Assembly: GCA_032128375.1 (NCBI GenBank) | Contig: JAQBGU010000099.1 | Coordinates: forward strand, 17,079-81,078 | From: Deltaproteobacteria bacterium | GTDB taxonomy: Bacteria; Myxococcota_A; UBA9160; SMWR01 | DNA: 64,000 nt | Reading direction: 5' to 3' | Shown: positions 1 through 8,612 of the stretch, piece after piece | How positions within the stretch are numbered: position 1 is the first letter of the stretch | Layout: every line of letters starts with the position of its first letter | Position numbers and translations under genes: made by a program | The notes under the pieces: generated by a model | Databases searched by the model: none | What the model was told of the DNA's origin: nothing | What the model saw: the letters and a program-made list of their open reading frames with translations, nothing else

Positions 1-520
1 CGGCTTCGAGAAAGGTGAAATCCGTTTGTCCGAGTCGAACGCTGTCGCCCGTCTTCAGGTCGATGGGAGAGCCGGCGCCCTGAGTCGGTACCGTGAGCCC
101 GTTGACCGTCGTTCCATTGCTGGAACCGGCATCGAGCAATTGATACCTGCCGTCGCTTCCGCGCTTGAAGTACGCATGGAATCTCGAAACGCTGATGTCT
201 GGAATCGTCACATCGTTCTTTGATGTGCGGCCCACCGTGATCAGGTGGGTATGCGAGGGCCGGGCCGGCCGAACCGGGAACACCAGCACGCTTACGCCAG
301 CCGTCCGTTCACCGGCATCTTCGGGCGCATCGAGCAGCATCATCTCGGTCGACGTATTCCCGCCGTCGGGCCTGAAACCGGCCGCAGTCAAAAGCAGGAA
401 GGCACCGCCGTGGCGATCTTCGAAGGCATCGCACGCGAGCGCGCGCGCATCATCTCGAAAATCTTCGATTCTCTGGCCCGACCCTATCGCGCCCGTTTCG
501 TTCGCGGATTGGATGTTCAT
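1..520 (-). CDS. FHA domain-containing protein (3' end runs off the window)
   Basis: Not in the ORF track. My translation from ATG 520 (RBS-like AGGGAG upstream) gives MNIQSANE...LITVGRTSKNDVTIPDISVSRFHAYF...DAGSNGTTVNG...GDSVRLG, with the canonical FHA G-R, S-x-x-H and N-G-T motifs. Confidence 0.85.
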   Translation of the reverse strand, partial: MNIQSANETGAIGSGQRIEDFRDDARALACDAFEDRHGGAFLLLTAAGFRPDGGNTSTEMMLLDAPEDAGERTAGVSVLVFPVRPARPSHTHLITVGRTSKNDVTIPDISVSRFHAYFKRGSDGRYQLLDAGSSNGTTVNGLTVPTQGAGSPIDLKTGDSVRLGQTDFTFLEA

Positions 521-562
521 ACCACTCCCTGCATGCGATCTCTGATCTCTTCTAGCGAGTCG

Positions 563-577
563 GCACAAATCGTGCCA
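563..577 (-). promoter_or_regulatory. possible sigma54 -24/-12 promoter for the FHA gene
   Basis: Minus strand TGGCACG-ATTT-GTGC; GG-N10-GC spacing is kept, with one mismatch to TGGCACG-N4-TTGC; about 40 bp upstream of ATG 520. Confidence 0.35.
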
Positions 578-625
578 CGCTTGAGCGACGCTGCCCGTTT
601 CGCCCCGGCCGGGGTGTCGCTGAAA

Positions 626-639
626 TAGAACGTGTTCTA
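626..639. promoter_or_regulatory. KstR-type operator
   Basis: TAGAACGTGTTCTA matches the mycobacterial KstR consensus TnnAACnnGTTnnA; about 40 bp upstream of the OB-fold/ltp operon. Confidence 0.8.
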
Positions 640-681
640 GGATCCGTCTTCGTCAGCGCTTTCTCAGACCGGAGGCCCCCG

Positions 682-1140
682 ATGAGCGATAGCCAACGGA
701 ACGCCAGCTTCAGTGCAGAGCACTCGATCGAATACGCCTACCGGCGCTCGGTTGGATCGATCCTAGGCCGGTTTTTCACCGGGCTTCGCGATCGACAAAT
801 CTACGGAACGCGTACCGCGGATGGCCGGGTACTCGTCCCGCCGGCGGAGTACGACCCGGACACCGGTGATGCCGTCGACGAAATCGTAGAGGTCGGACCG
901 GCTGGTGTCGTCACGAGTTGGTCGTGGATCGCGAGTCCGCTCTCCGAGCACCCGCTCGACCGCCCTTTTGCATTCGCGCTGATTCGGCTCGATGGAGCCA
1001 CCACGAGCATGCTGCATGCGGTCGACACCGCTGACGAAGCATTGATGCGCACCGGCTTGCGAGTTCGGCCACGCTGGCGTGCCGAAACCCGGGGCGAGAT
1101 TCTCGATATCCAGTGCTTCGAACCCGAGGACAACTCATGA
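682..1140 (+). CDS. DUF35/OB-fold acyl-CoA-associated protein (like the N-terminal half of Rv3521; no Zn-ribbon Cys)
   Basis: GRFFTGLRDRQIYGTRTADGRVLVPPAEYDP...PFAFALIRLDGATTSMLHAV...GLRVRPRW; RBS GGAGG; directly upstream of thiolase-like genes. Confidence 0.85.
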   Translation: MSDSQRNASFSAEHSIEYAYRRSVGSILGRFFTGLRDRQIYGTRTADGRVLVPPAEYDPDTGDAVDEIVEVGPAGVVTSWSWIASPLSEHPLDRPFAFALIRLDGATTSMLHAVDTADEALMRTGLRVRPRWRAETRGEILDIQCFEPEDNS

Positions 1141-1625
1141 GGGAACCCGTCAAGAGCATCGTCACACCTGCCCGTTGCGACTACACTTTCACCGTCAGCG
1201 GCAAGGCGGCACGATTTTTGGAAGAGATCAAGCAGGGCCGCATCCTCGGAGTCCGCTGCCCCAATTGCCACAAGGTATACGTACCGGGCAAGGGCACATG
1301 CGCGAAGTGCGGCGTCGCGATGAGTGAAGAGATCTTCGTCAAGGACACCGGTACCGTGACGACGTACTGCGTCGTCCGCGTCCCGTCCGAGAACATCAAT
1401 CTCGAACTTCCTTACGTGGCGGCTCACATCGTGCTCGACGGCGCAGACATTCCGTTTTTCGCCCTCGTCCAGGAAATCGACGCGGCGGACATCCGCATGG
1501 GAATGCGGGTTGCGGCGGTATGGGCACCGCGGGAAGAGTGGGACAACACTCTGAACAATATCCGCTACTTCAAACCACTCGACGAACCGGACGTGCCGTT
1601 CGACGACTTCAAGGAGCACCTGTAG
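1137..1625 (+). CDS. Zn-ribbon DUF35/OB-fold protein (like the C-terminal half of Rv3521)
   Basis: CPNC...CAKC Zn ribbon, GTVTTY, LDGADIPF, GMRVAAVW; ATGA overlap with the upstream gene. Confidence 0.85.
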   Translation: MREPVKSIVTPARCDYTFTVSGKAARFLEEIKQGRILGVRCPNCHKVYVPGKGTCAKCGVAMSEEIFVKDTGTVTTYCVVRVPSENINLELPYVAAHIVLDGADIPFFALVQEIDAADIRMGMRVAAVWAPREEWDNTLNNIRYFKPLDEPDVPFDDFKEHL

Positions 1626-1627
1626 CC

Positions 1628-2683
1628 ATGCGGGACGTCGCGATCGTCTCCTACGCGCAGACGCCCTACCTGCGGCGGGAAGACTCACGCAGCGAAGTCG
1701 AGATGATCATGTCGGTCGTCCACGAGGCCATCGAGAAATCGGGCATCGCCAAAAGTGAGATCGGCTTCACTTGTTCCGGCAGTTCCGATTACCTGGCTGG
1801 GCAGGCTTTCGCATTCGTCGGCGCGGTCGACGCGCTCGGCGCCTGGCCGCCGATCTCGGAATCGCATGTCGAGATGGACGGAGCCTGGGCGCTCTATGAG
1901 GCCTGGGTAAAAATCCAATCCGGTATCTGCGATAGCGCGATGGCGTTTTCGTTCGGCCGCGCGTCGATGGGAAATGTTCGCTCGGTCCTCGGCCTTCAAC
2001 TCGATCCGTATACATTGGCCCCGCTGGGCGTGGACGCGGTCAGCATCGCCGCGTTGCAGGCCCGAGCACTGCTCGACGCGGGCAAGTACACCGAAGCCGA
2101 CATGGCCGAGGTCGCGGTGCGGTCGCGGCGCAACGCGAAGGACAACCCCGACGCACAGCTCGCGGGCGACTTCGAAGTCAGTAAGTTGCTCGCCGAACCC
2201 TACATCGCGTCGCCGCTCCGCAAGCACGACTGTCCACCGATCACCGATGGCGCTGCCGCCATCGTGATCGCCGCCGCAGACGTCGCGCGCGCTGTGTGCC
2301 AGACGCCGGTTTGGATTCGCGGGATCGACCACCGGCTCGATACCCACCAGCCGGGTGGACGAAACCTGACGGTTTCTGCGTCGACGACACTCGCTGCGCA
2401 GAAGGCCGGCGCGGCGGATGGCGTCATCGAGTTCGCTGAACTGCAGGCTCCGTTCACCCACCAGGAGTTGATCTTGCGCGATTCTCTTGGTCTCGCAGAC
2501 AGCGTTCGCGTCAACCCGTCGGGCGGTGCGCTGGCAGCCAACCCGATCCTGGTCGCCGGGCTCGCGCGCATAGGGGAAGCTGCCCGACACATCACTTCGG
2601 GCAAGGCCTCACGCGGGATCGCTCACGCGACCCAGGGGCCGTGTCTTCAACAGAACCTCGTGTGCGTACTGGAGGGGAACTGA
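1628..2683 (+). CDS. ltp4: SCP-x-type thiolase-like protein / steroid side-chain aldolase subunit Ltp4
   Basis: IGFTCSGSSDYLAGQAFAF...PPISESHVEMDGAWALYEAW closely recalls Rv3522 Ltp4; lies between DUF35 genes and ltp3. Confidence 0.85.
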   Translation: MRDVAIVSYAQTPYLRREDSRSEVEMIMSVVHEAIEKSGIAKSEIGFTCSGSSDYLAGQAFAFVGAVDALGAWPPISESHVEMDGAWALYEAWVKIQSGICDSAMAFSFGRASMGNVRSVLGLQLDPYTLAPLGVDAVSIAALQARALLDAGKYTEADMAEVAVRSRRNAKDNPDAQLAGDFEVSKLLAEPYIASPLRKHDCPPITDGAAAIVIAAADVARAVCQTPVWIRGIDHRLDTHQPGGRNLTVSASTTLAAQKAGAADGVIEFAELQAPFTHQELILRDSLGLADSVRVNPSGGALAANPILVAGLARIGEAARHITSGKASRGIAHATQGPCLQQNLVCVLEGN

Positions 2684-3843
2684 TGCCCGAAATCTGCGCG
2701 GTTGTTGGCGTGGGTCAGACGCATCACAGCGCCAAGCGTGTCGACGTGTCGCAATTTGGCCTGGTTCGCGAGGCCGCGCTGCGCGCGCTCGAGGATGCGG
2801 ACCTCACCTGGAAAGACATCGACGCAGTGGTGATCGGCAAGGCGCCCGACATGTTCGAAGGCGTGATGATGCCGGAGTTGTTCCTGGCCGAAGCGCTCGG
2901 ATGCGCGGGCAAGCCGATGCTGCGTGTGCACACCGCTGGCAGCGTCGGTGGATCGACAGCCATCGTCGCGGCCAGCCTGATCGAGGGCGGCGTTCACGAA
3001 CGTGTACTCACCGTCTCTTACGAGAAGCAGAGCGAGAGCAACGCGATGTGGGCGTTATCGATCAAGATGCCGTTCCAGCAGGGCATGGTGGCGGGGGCTG
3101 GCGGGTACTTCGCGCCGCTGATCCGGGCGTACATGCGTCGCTCCGGCGCCCCCGACGACACCGGGATTCGAGTCGCATTGAAAGACCGACTGAACGCGCT
3201 GAAAAACCCCTACGCACACCTGAAATTTCCGGATATCGGTTTCGAGCAGATCGAGAAATCGCCGATGCTGTGGGACCCGATCCGGTATCTCGAAACCTGC
3301 CCGTCATCCGACGGTGCATGCGCGATGGTGCTCGCCGCCAAACCGGCCGCCAATCGTTTAGCCGGCCCCAAGGCCTGGGTCCACGCAACCGCGATGCGCA
3401 CCGAGCCGACCATGTTCGCCGGCCGGGACCAGGTAAACCCGAAGGCTGGTCAAGACTGCGCGGTCTACCTCTACAAGCAGGCCGGTATCAGCAACCCTCG
3501 CAAGGAAATCGACTGTGCAGAAATCTACGTACCCTTCAGTTGGTTCGAGGCAATGTGGATGGAAAATCTCCACATCGCGCCCGAAGGGACCGGCTGGAGG
3601 ATGACCTATGAGGGCGCGACCGCGCTCGACGGCGATTTTCCGGTCAACATGTCGGGAGGGGTGCTGTCCTCGAACCCGATCGGCGCATCGGGAATGCTGC
3701 GGTTTGCGGAAGTCGCGAACCAGGTACGAGGACGCGCTGGCGAACACCAGGTCGACGGCGCGCGCCGCGCATTGGGCCACGCCTATGGTGGTGGTTCGCA
3801 GTATTTCTCGATGTGGATCCTGGGTGACAAACCGCGCGGCTGA
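2683..3843 (+). CDS. ltp3: SCP-x-type thiolase-like protein / steroid side-chain aldolase subunit Ltp3
   Basis: GKAPDMFEGVMMPELF...RVHTAGSVGGST...EKQSESNAMWALS...GHAYGGGSQYF, characteristic of Rv3523 Ltp3; TGATG coupling. Confidence 0.88.
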   Translation: MPEICAVVGVGQTHHSAKRVDVSQFGLVREAALRALEDADLTWKDIDAVVIGKAPDMFEGVMMPELFLAEALGCAGKPMLRVHTAGSVGGSTAIVAASLIEGGVHERVLTVSYEKQSESNAMWALSIKMPFQQGMVAGAGGYFAPLIRAYMRRSGAPDDTGIRVALKDRLNALKNPYAHLKFPDIGFEQIEKSPMLWDPIRYLETCPSSDGACAMVLAAKPAANRLAGPKAWVHATAMRTEPTMFAGRDQVNPKAGQDCAVYLYKQAGISNPRKEIDCAEIYVPFSWFEAMWMENLHIAPEGTGWRMTYEGATALDGDFPVNMSGGVLSSNPIGASGMLRFAEVANQVRGRAGEHQVDGARRALGHAYGGGSQYFSMWILGDKPRG

Positions 3844-3935
3844 ACCCGTCACTCGATTTTCGCCGCACGAATTTCAGTCGTCCAAATGTGTCGTCGCCTC
3901 ATCTCCGTCAGCCGCCAGATCGAAAGGGGGCCCCC

Positions 3936-5486
3936 ATGTCACAGCTCGGTTTCTGGAATTTTGCAAAGAGCGATCCCGGCGCACTTGCACTCGCCGCGCC
4001 CGACGGTCGGGACTGGACGCGCGGCGAAATTCTGGCCTCCTGCAATCAGATCGTTCACGGCTTGCGGGCGCTTGGCCTCGAGCACGGTGACTGCGTCGCT
4101 GCGGTGATGCCCAACAGCGCAGAGATGATCGAACTCCATCTCGCGATCGCGCAGGCCGGCTTATTCTTGACGCCGATCAACCATCATCTGACCGCACCCG
4201 AGATCGCCTACATCGTGTCCGATTGCGGTGCGAAGGTATTCATCGGTGCCGAGCGTTTCGCGACAGCCTGCCGTGGTGCCGCACAGCAGATCGAACTTTC
4301 GGCGGAAGCGCTGTTTTCATTGGGACCGGTAGAGGGATTTCGGCCCTTTGCCGAACTGAAGGCCGGTCAACCGGATACGACGCCCGACGAGCGCCTCGCA
4401 GGCCAGGTCATGAATTACACGTCCGGGACCACCGGGAAACCCAAAGGCGTGCGGCGGCCACTCGCGAAGATCGACCCCGACACGATTGCAACGCTGACGA
4501 CGGGGTTTCTGGGCATGTTCGGCGCGCAGGCCGAGGACGGCAACGTTCACATCTGCGGCTCCCCGCTCTACCACACTGCGGTTCTGGTCTTCGCGTCGTC
4601 CTCGATGCACATGGGTCACCCCGTGGTCCTGATGGACAAGTGGACACCCGAGGGCATGCTGGAACTCATCGCGAAGTATCGTGTGACGACGAGCCACATG
4701 GTTCCCACCCAATTCCACCGACTGCTGTCGTTGCCCGAAGAGGTGCGCACGCGATACGACGTCTCGTCGGTCCGCCACATGGTGCACGCAGCGGCGCCCT
4801 GCCCCGTCGACATCAAGCGACGCATGTTCGATTGGTGGGGCGAATCGATCTTCGAGTACTATGCCGCGACCGAAGGGGGCGGAACCCTCGCCACCCCGGA
4901 ACAGTGGTTGAAGTATCCGGGAACTGTGGGCACCGCATGGGTGAATTCCGAGATCCGAATCCTCGATGACGAAGGCAAGCTGGTGCCCACAGGCGAGCCC
5001 GGAAGCGTGTACATGAAACTCGGCCAAGCCGACTTCGAGTACAAGGGCGACAGGCAGAAAACCGACGACAACCGCCGCGAAGGCTTCTTCACCGTCGGCG
5101 ACATCGGCTACCTGAACGATGATGGCTACTTGTTTCTGTGTGATCGAAAATCCGACATGATCATCTCTGGCGGCGTGAACATCTACCCGGCCGAGATCGA
5201 AGCGGTATTGCTGAGCCACCCAATGGTGGGTGATGCCGCGGTCTTCGGAATTCCCAACAATGATTGGGGTGAGGAAGTCAAGGCGGTGATCGAACCCGCC
5301 GCAGATGCCGAAGCCTCCGACGCGTTGCGCGACGACATCCTCGACTTCTGCCGCGACCGCCTGGCGAAGTACAAGACCCCGCGCAGCATCGATTTCACCG
5401 CACAAATGCCGCGGGACCCCAACGGCAAACTCTACAAGAGAAAGCTACGCGATCCGTACTGGGAAGGCCGAGATACGGCGATCTGA
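3936..5486 (+). CDS. acyl-CoA synthetase (AMP-binding, FadD-like)
   Basis: YTSGTTGKPKG P-loop, EYYAATEG, GDIGYL, DRKSDMIISGGVNIYP, PNGKLYKR. Confidence 0.92.
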   Translation: MSQLGFWNFAKSDPGALALAAPDGRDWTRGEILASCNQIVHGLRALGLEHGDCVAAVMPNSAEMIELHLAIAQAGLFLTPINHHLTAPEIAYIVSDCGAKVFIGAERFATACRGAAQQIELSAEALFSLGPVEGFRPFAELKAGQPDTTPDERLAGQVMNYTSGTTGKPKGVRRPLAKIDPDTIATLTTGFLGMFGAQAEDGNVHICGSPLYHTAVLVFASSSMHMGHPVVLMDKWTPEGMLELIAKYRVTTSHMVPTQFHRLLSLPEEVRTRYDVSSVRHMVHAAAPCPVDIKRRMFDWWGESIFEYYAATEGGGTLATPEQWLKYPGTVGTAWVNSEIRILDDEGKLVPTGEPGSVYMKLGQADFEYKGDRQKTDDNRREGFFTVGDIGYLNDDGYLFLCDRKSDMIISGGVNIYPAEIEAVLLSHPMVGDAAVFGIPNNDWGEEVKAVIEPAADAEASDALRDDILDFCRDRLAKYKTPRSIDFTAQMPRDPNGKLYKRKLRDPYWEGRDTAI

Positions 5487-5520
5487 CGGGACCGGCGCGC
5501 CCGTGTCGATCGTTGCCAGC

Positions 5521-5712
5521 TCAGCCCTCGATGGAAATGGCTTGCCGCGGGCACAGCCGTACGGACTCATTCACTTTGTCTCGCAGATCTTCGCCGGGAC
5601 TCTCGATCAGTACCGTCAAACTATCGTCCTCTTCGACGCGGAAACATTCGGGGCACACATCCATGCACACTGCATTGGCTTCACACAAGTCGTAATCGAC
5701 CACGATCTTCAT
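5521..5712 (-). CDS. fdxD: small single-cluster ferredoxin ([3Fe-4S] type)
   Basis: 63 aa MKIVVDYDLCEANAVCMDVCPECF...CPRQAISIEG, embedded at the end of track ORF 5521..7089; divergent from fadE26-fadE27 as in Rv3503c-Rv3505. Confidence 0.85.
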   Translation of the reverse strand: MKIVVDYDLCEANAVCMDVCPECFRVEEDDSLTVLIESPGEDLRDKVNESVRLCPRQAISIEG

Positions 5713-5868
5713 TGCCTGCCCCTTCGTTCGTTTTCGGCTTTCCGTAGGCTGCCGTCTAGTGGCTGAGGTATCCAGTGTGCTGTTTCCTGTGTCCTGTGTC
5801 CTGTGTCCAGATTCCAACGTCAGATCCGATGCATCGCTCGCGCAACTGTCGCGCAGAACGTGCGGGAT

Positions 5869-5882
5869 TAGAACACGTTGTA
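5869..5882. promoter_or_regulatory. KstR-type operator within an extended inverted repeat (5861-5890)
   Basis: TAGAACACGTTGTA matches TnnAACnnGTTnnA; flanks TGCGGGATTA...TAATCCCGCA are complementary; fdxD/fadE26 intergenic region. Confidence 0.75.
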
Positions 5883-5960
5883 ATCCCGCAAGCAAGCGAC
5901 TTCGGCATCCGCGGACCCGTGGCTGGACATCCGAGCCCCCACCGCGCATAATGCTAGAAC

Positions 5961-5974
5961 TAGAACACGTTTCA
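5961..5974. promoter_or_regulatory. KstR-type operator
   Basis: TAGAACACGTTTCA, just downstream of a CATAAT -10-like hexamer and upstream of fadE26. Confidence 0.78.
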
Positions 5975-6060
5975 GTTCCACACGGAGGTCTTGCCAACCT
6001 CTCCCAGCCCAAACTTTCCACCCGCAACAAATGAATGAATGATTGATTGGAGAGATCCCG

Positions 6061-7236
6061 ATGTACCTCGACTTCACACCGGAGCAGCGCGCCTTCCGAG
6101 CCGAGCTTCGCGCATATTTTTCCGAACTCGTCGACGAGCAGGCGGTCAGAGAAATGCGCGGGAGTGAGGGCGGTAACCCGACCTACAACCGGATCCTCAA
6201 ACAGATGGGATCCGACGGCATCCTGGGTGTGGGTTGGCCCAAAGAGTACGGCGGACAGGGACGGGGACCCGTCGACCAGTATATTTTTTCCGAAGAAGTT
6301 CAACGTTCGGGGTTCCCACTGCCATTCCTCACGTTGAACACTGTCGGACCGACCTTGATGCGGTATGGGAACGAGGACCAACGACAGTTTTTCTTGCCCC
6401 GCATCTTGAAGGGCGAATGCCAGTTCGCGATCGGCTACTCGGAAGCCGAAGCGGGCACTGACCTCGCGTCGCTCAAGACTCGCGCGGTCCGCGAAGGTGA
6501 CGACTACGTGATCAACGGCGCGAAAATGTGGACGAGCCTGGCGAACTTCGCCGACTACATCTGGCTGGCCGCACGCACCAACTCCGAAGTCAAGAAGCAC
6601 GCCGGCATCTCGATCTTCCTGGTTCCCACCGACGCACCCGGCTACAAACTCACACCCATCCATACCATCGGTGGTGTCCGAACCAACGCGACCTTCTACG
6701 AAGACGTTCGGGTACCGGCCGAGAACCTGATCGGCGGCGAGAACAACGGCTGGGGACTGATTACCGGCCAACTCAATCACGAGCGTGTATCGCTGATGAA
6801 CGTTGGACCGCTCGAGGTCTTGCTCGACGATGTGCGACGCTGGGCACAGGAGACCAAGCTTGCCGACGGTCGTCGCGTGATCGACCAGCCGTGGGCGCAG
6901 ACGAATCTCGCACGCGTCGTCGCGAAGCTTCGTGTTCTCAGGCTCATGAACTGGAAGATGGCCTGGCAGCTCCAGCACGCAAACCTGGAGATGGCCGACG
7001 CGTCGGCGGTCAAGGTCTTCGGGAGCGAATTCTTCGTCGAAGCCTACCGGGCGTTGATGGAGGTTTTCGGGACACTCGGGACGTTGCAAGGTGATTCACC
7101 GGGCGCGATTCTGGCCGGCCGCGTCGAGTCGATGTACCGCAATACACTGATTCTGACCTTCGGTGGAGGAACCAACGAGGTGCAACGTGACATCATTGCG
7201 ATGGCGGGCCTCGGGATGCCCAATTACAAGAACTAG
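6061..7236 (+). CDS. fadE26: steroid acyl-CoA dehydrogenase subunit (FadE26/ChsE4-like)
   Basis: GWPKEYGGQGR, IGYSEAEAGTDLASL, KMWTS, LILTFGGGTNEVQRDIIA; paired with a second ACAD and adjacent to fdxD. Confidence 0.8.
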   Translation: MYLDFTPEQRAFRAELRAYFSELVDEQAVREMRGSEGGNPTYNRILKQMGSDGILGVGWPKEYGGQGRGPVDQYIFSEEVQRSGFPLPFLTLNTVGPTLMRYGNEDQRQFFLPRILKGECQFAIGYSEAEAGTDLASLKTRAVREGDDYVINGAKMWTSLANFADYIWLAARTNSEVKKHAGISIFLVPTDAPGYKLTPIHTIGGVRTNATFYEDVRVPAENLIGGENNGWGLITGQLNHERVSLMNVGPLEVLLDDVRRWAQETKLADGRRVIDQPWAQTNLARVVAKLRVLRLMNWKMAWQLQHANLEMADASAVKVFGSEFFVEAYRALMEVFGTLGTLQGDSPGAILAGRVESMYRNTLILTFGGGTNEVQRDIIAMAGLGMPNYKN

Positions 7237-7357
7237 TGGCACATCCGGAAAGTTCTGGTACATGCTGACAAAGGGATCACCGTCGCGTTGTCCGACGGAG
7301 AAGAGCGTTCTGTCGGCTTCAATCATGGGTACCGAAACTTGGCGGGTGTTGCACTAG
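7233..7357. mobile_element. 125-bp MITE-like element, copy 1
   Basis: Identical to 42811..42935; CTAG at both ends; imperfect terminal inverted repeats (about 22/29 matches counting the CTAG); no transposase. Confidence 0.8.
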
Positions 7358-7452
7358 AGAATCCGAGTCGGGGCATGCCGGCCCGCTGGGAACGAGAGCT
7401 GACTGACTGACAGGCTGACAGACTGAGAGACTGACAGAAAGCGGAGAACAAG

Positions 7453-8571
7453 ATGAACTGGGCATACACTGAAGAACAAGAAGAAGTCCGAAATCTCGCG
7501 CGCAAGATTCTGGAAGACCTCGCCACCCACGAGCGGCTTGTCGCCGTGGAAGCGAGTGACGAGGGGATCGATCGGGAACTCTACACGGCACTCGGACGCG
7601 CGAACCTGCTCGGAGTCGCGATACAACAAGCGTACGGCGGCAGCGAAATGGGCTTTTTCGGTCTCGGCATACTGCTGGTCGAAATCGGCCGCACCGTCGC
7701 CCCCGTACCCGTCGCGGCGACCCTGGTGCTGGGCGCACTACCCATCTCCCGGTTCGGCACGGACGCGCAAAAGCAGCGATTCTTGCCCGGCGTCGCTAGC
7801 GGCGAGACGATTCTGACGGCTGCCTTGATCGAAGCGGGCAGCGAAGACCCGACCCAGCCGCAAACGACTGCGACGCGCGATGGCGACCACTGGCGCCTGG
7901 ATGGCGTGAAGTCCTGTGTTCCAGCTGCACACGTCGCCGATCGAATCGTGGTCCCCGCGCGCATCTCGCCCAATCAGGTCGGCGTGTTTCTGCTCGACCG
8001 CCACGCCGAAGGCGTGGAGCAAATCGCTCAACGAACCACCAACCGAGAGGCGCAGTTTCAGCTGACGTTGAGCGGCGCGGTGGTGGCGGCAGACGACATG
8101 CTCGGAGATGCCGATACCGGTGCCGAGATCATCCAGTGGATTACCGACCGCGCGACCGCGGCGGTCTGCCTGGTTCAACTCGGGGTTTCCGAACGCGCGC
8201 TCGAGATGACCGCCGAGTACACCCGCACGCGAAAACAGTTCGACCGGCCCGTAGGAAGCTTCCAGGCAGTCCACATGCGTGCGGGAGACGCCTATATCGA
8301 CCTCGAAGCCATGCGGCTGACCACATTGGAGGCCACTTGGCGCCTCGGCGAAGAGCTTCCGGAAGATGGTTCAGTGGCCGTGGCAAAATATTGGTGCGCC
8401 GATGGTGGCCAACGAGTCGGCTACGCGACACAGCACCTGCACGGCGGGATCGGAATCGATACCGACTACCCGCTATATCGCTACTACCTGTGGGCCAAAC
8501 AGTCAGAACTCACACTGGGTTCGGCTGTCATTCAGCTCACTAGAATCGGTGAGGCGCTGGCGCGCGCCTGA
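7453..8571 (+). CDS. fadE27: steroid acyl-CoA dehydrogenase partner subunit (FadE27/ChsE5-like)
   Basis: ACAD fold with RKQFDRPVGSFQAV and QHLHGGIGIDTDYPL; tandem with fadE26, consistent with an alpha2beta2 heterotetramer. Confidence 0.75.
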   Translation: MNWAYTEEQEEVRNLARKILEDLATHERLVAVEASDEGIDRELYTALGRANLLGVAIQQAYGGSEMGFFGLGILLVEIGRTVAPVPVAATLVLGALPISRFGTDAQKQRFLPGVASGETILTAALIEAGSEDPTQPQTTATRDGDHWRLDGVKSCVPAAHVADRIVVPARISPNQVGVFLLDRHAEGVEQIAQRTTNREAQFQLTLSGAVVAADDMLGDADTGAEIIQWITDRATAAVCLVQLGVSERALEMTAEYTRTRKQFDRPVGSFQAVHMRAGDAYIDLEAMRLTTLEATWRLGEELPEDGSVAVAKYWCADGGQRVGYATQHLHGGIGIDTDYPLYRYYLWAKQSELTLGSAVIQLTRIGEALARA

Positions 8572-8612
8572 ACCCAACACGACACCGCCTGCATCATTCC
8601 GAGCGGGGATCC

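Noticed and set aside
26..628. Plus-strand ORFs 26..223, 165..545 and 245..628
   Set aside because: Shadows of the minus-strand FHA gene.
5521..7089. 522-aa minus-strand ORF
   Set aside because: Antisense shadow of fadE26; only the last 63 codons (ferredoxin) look real.
7096..7357. Short ORFs (MIEADRTLFSVGQRDG...) repeated at 42641..42904
   Set aside because: Translations of the 125-bp MITE; no transposase or protein motifs.
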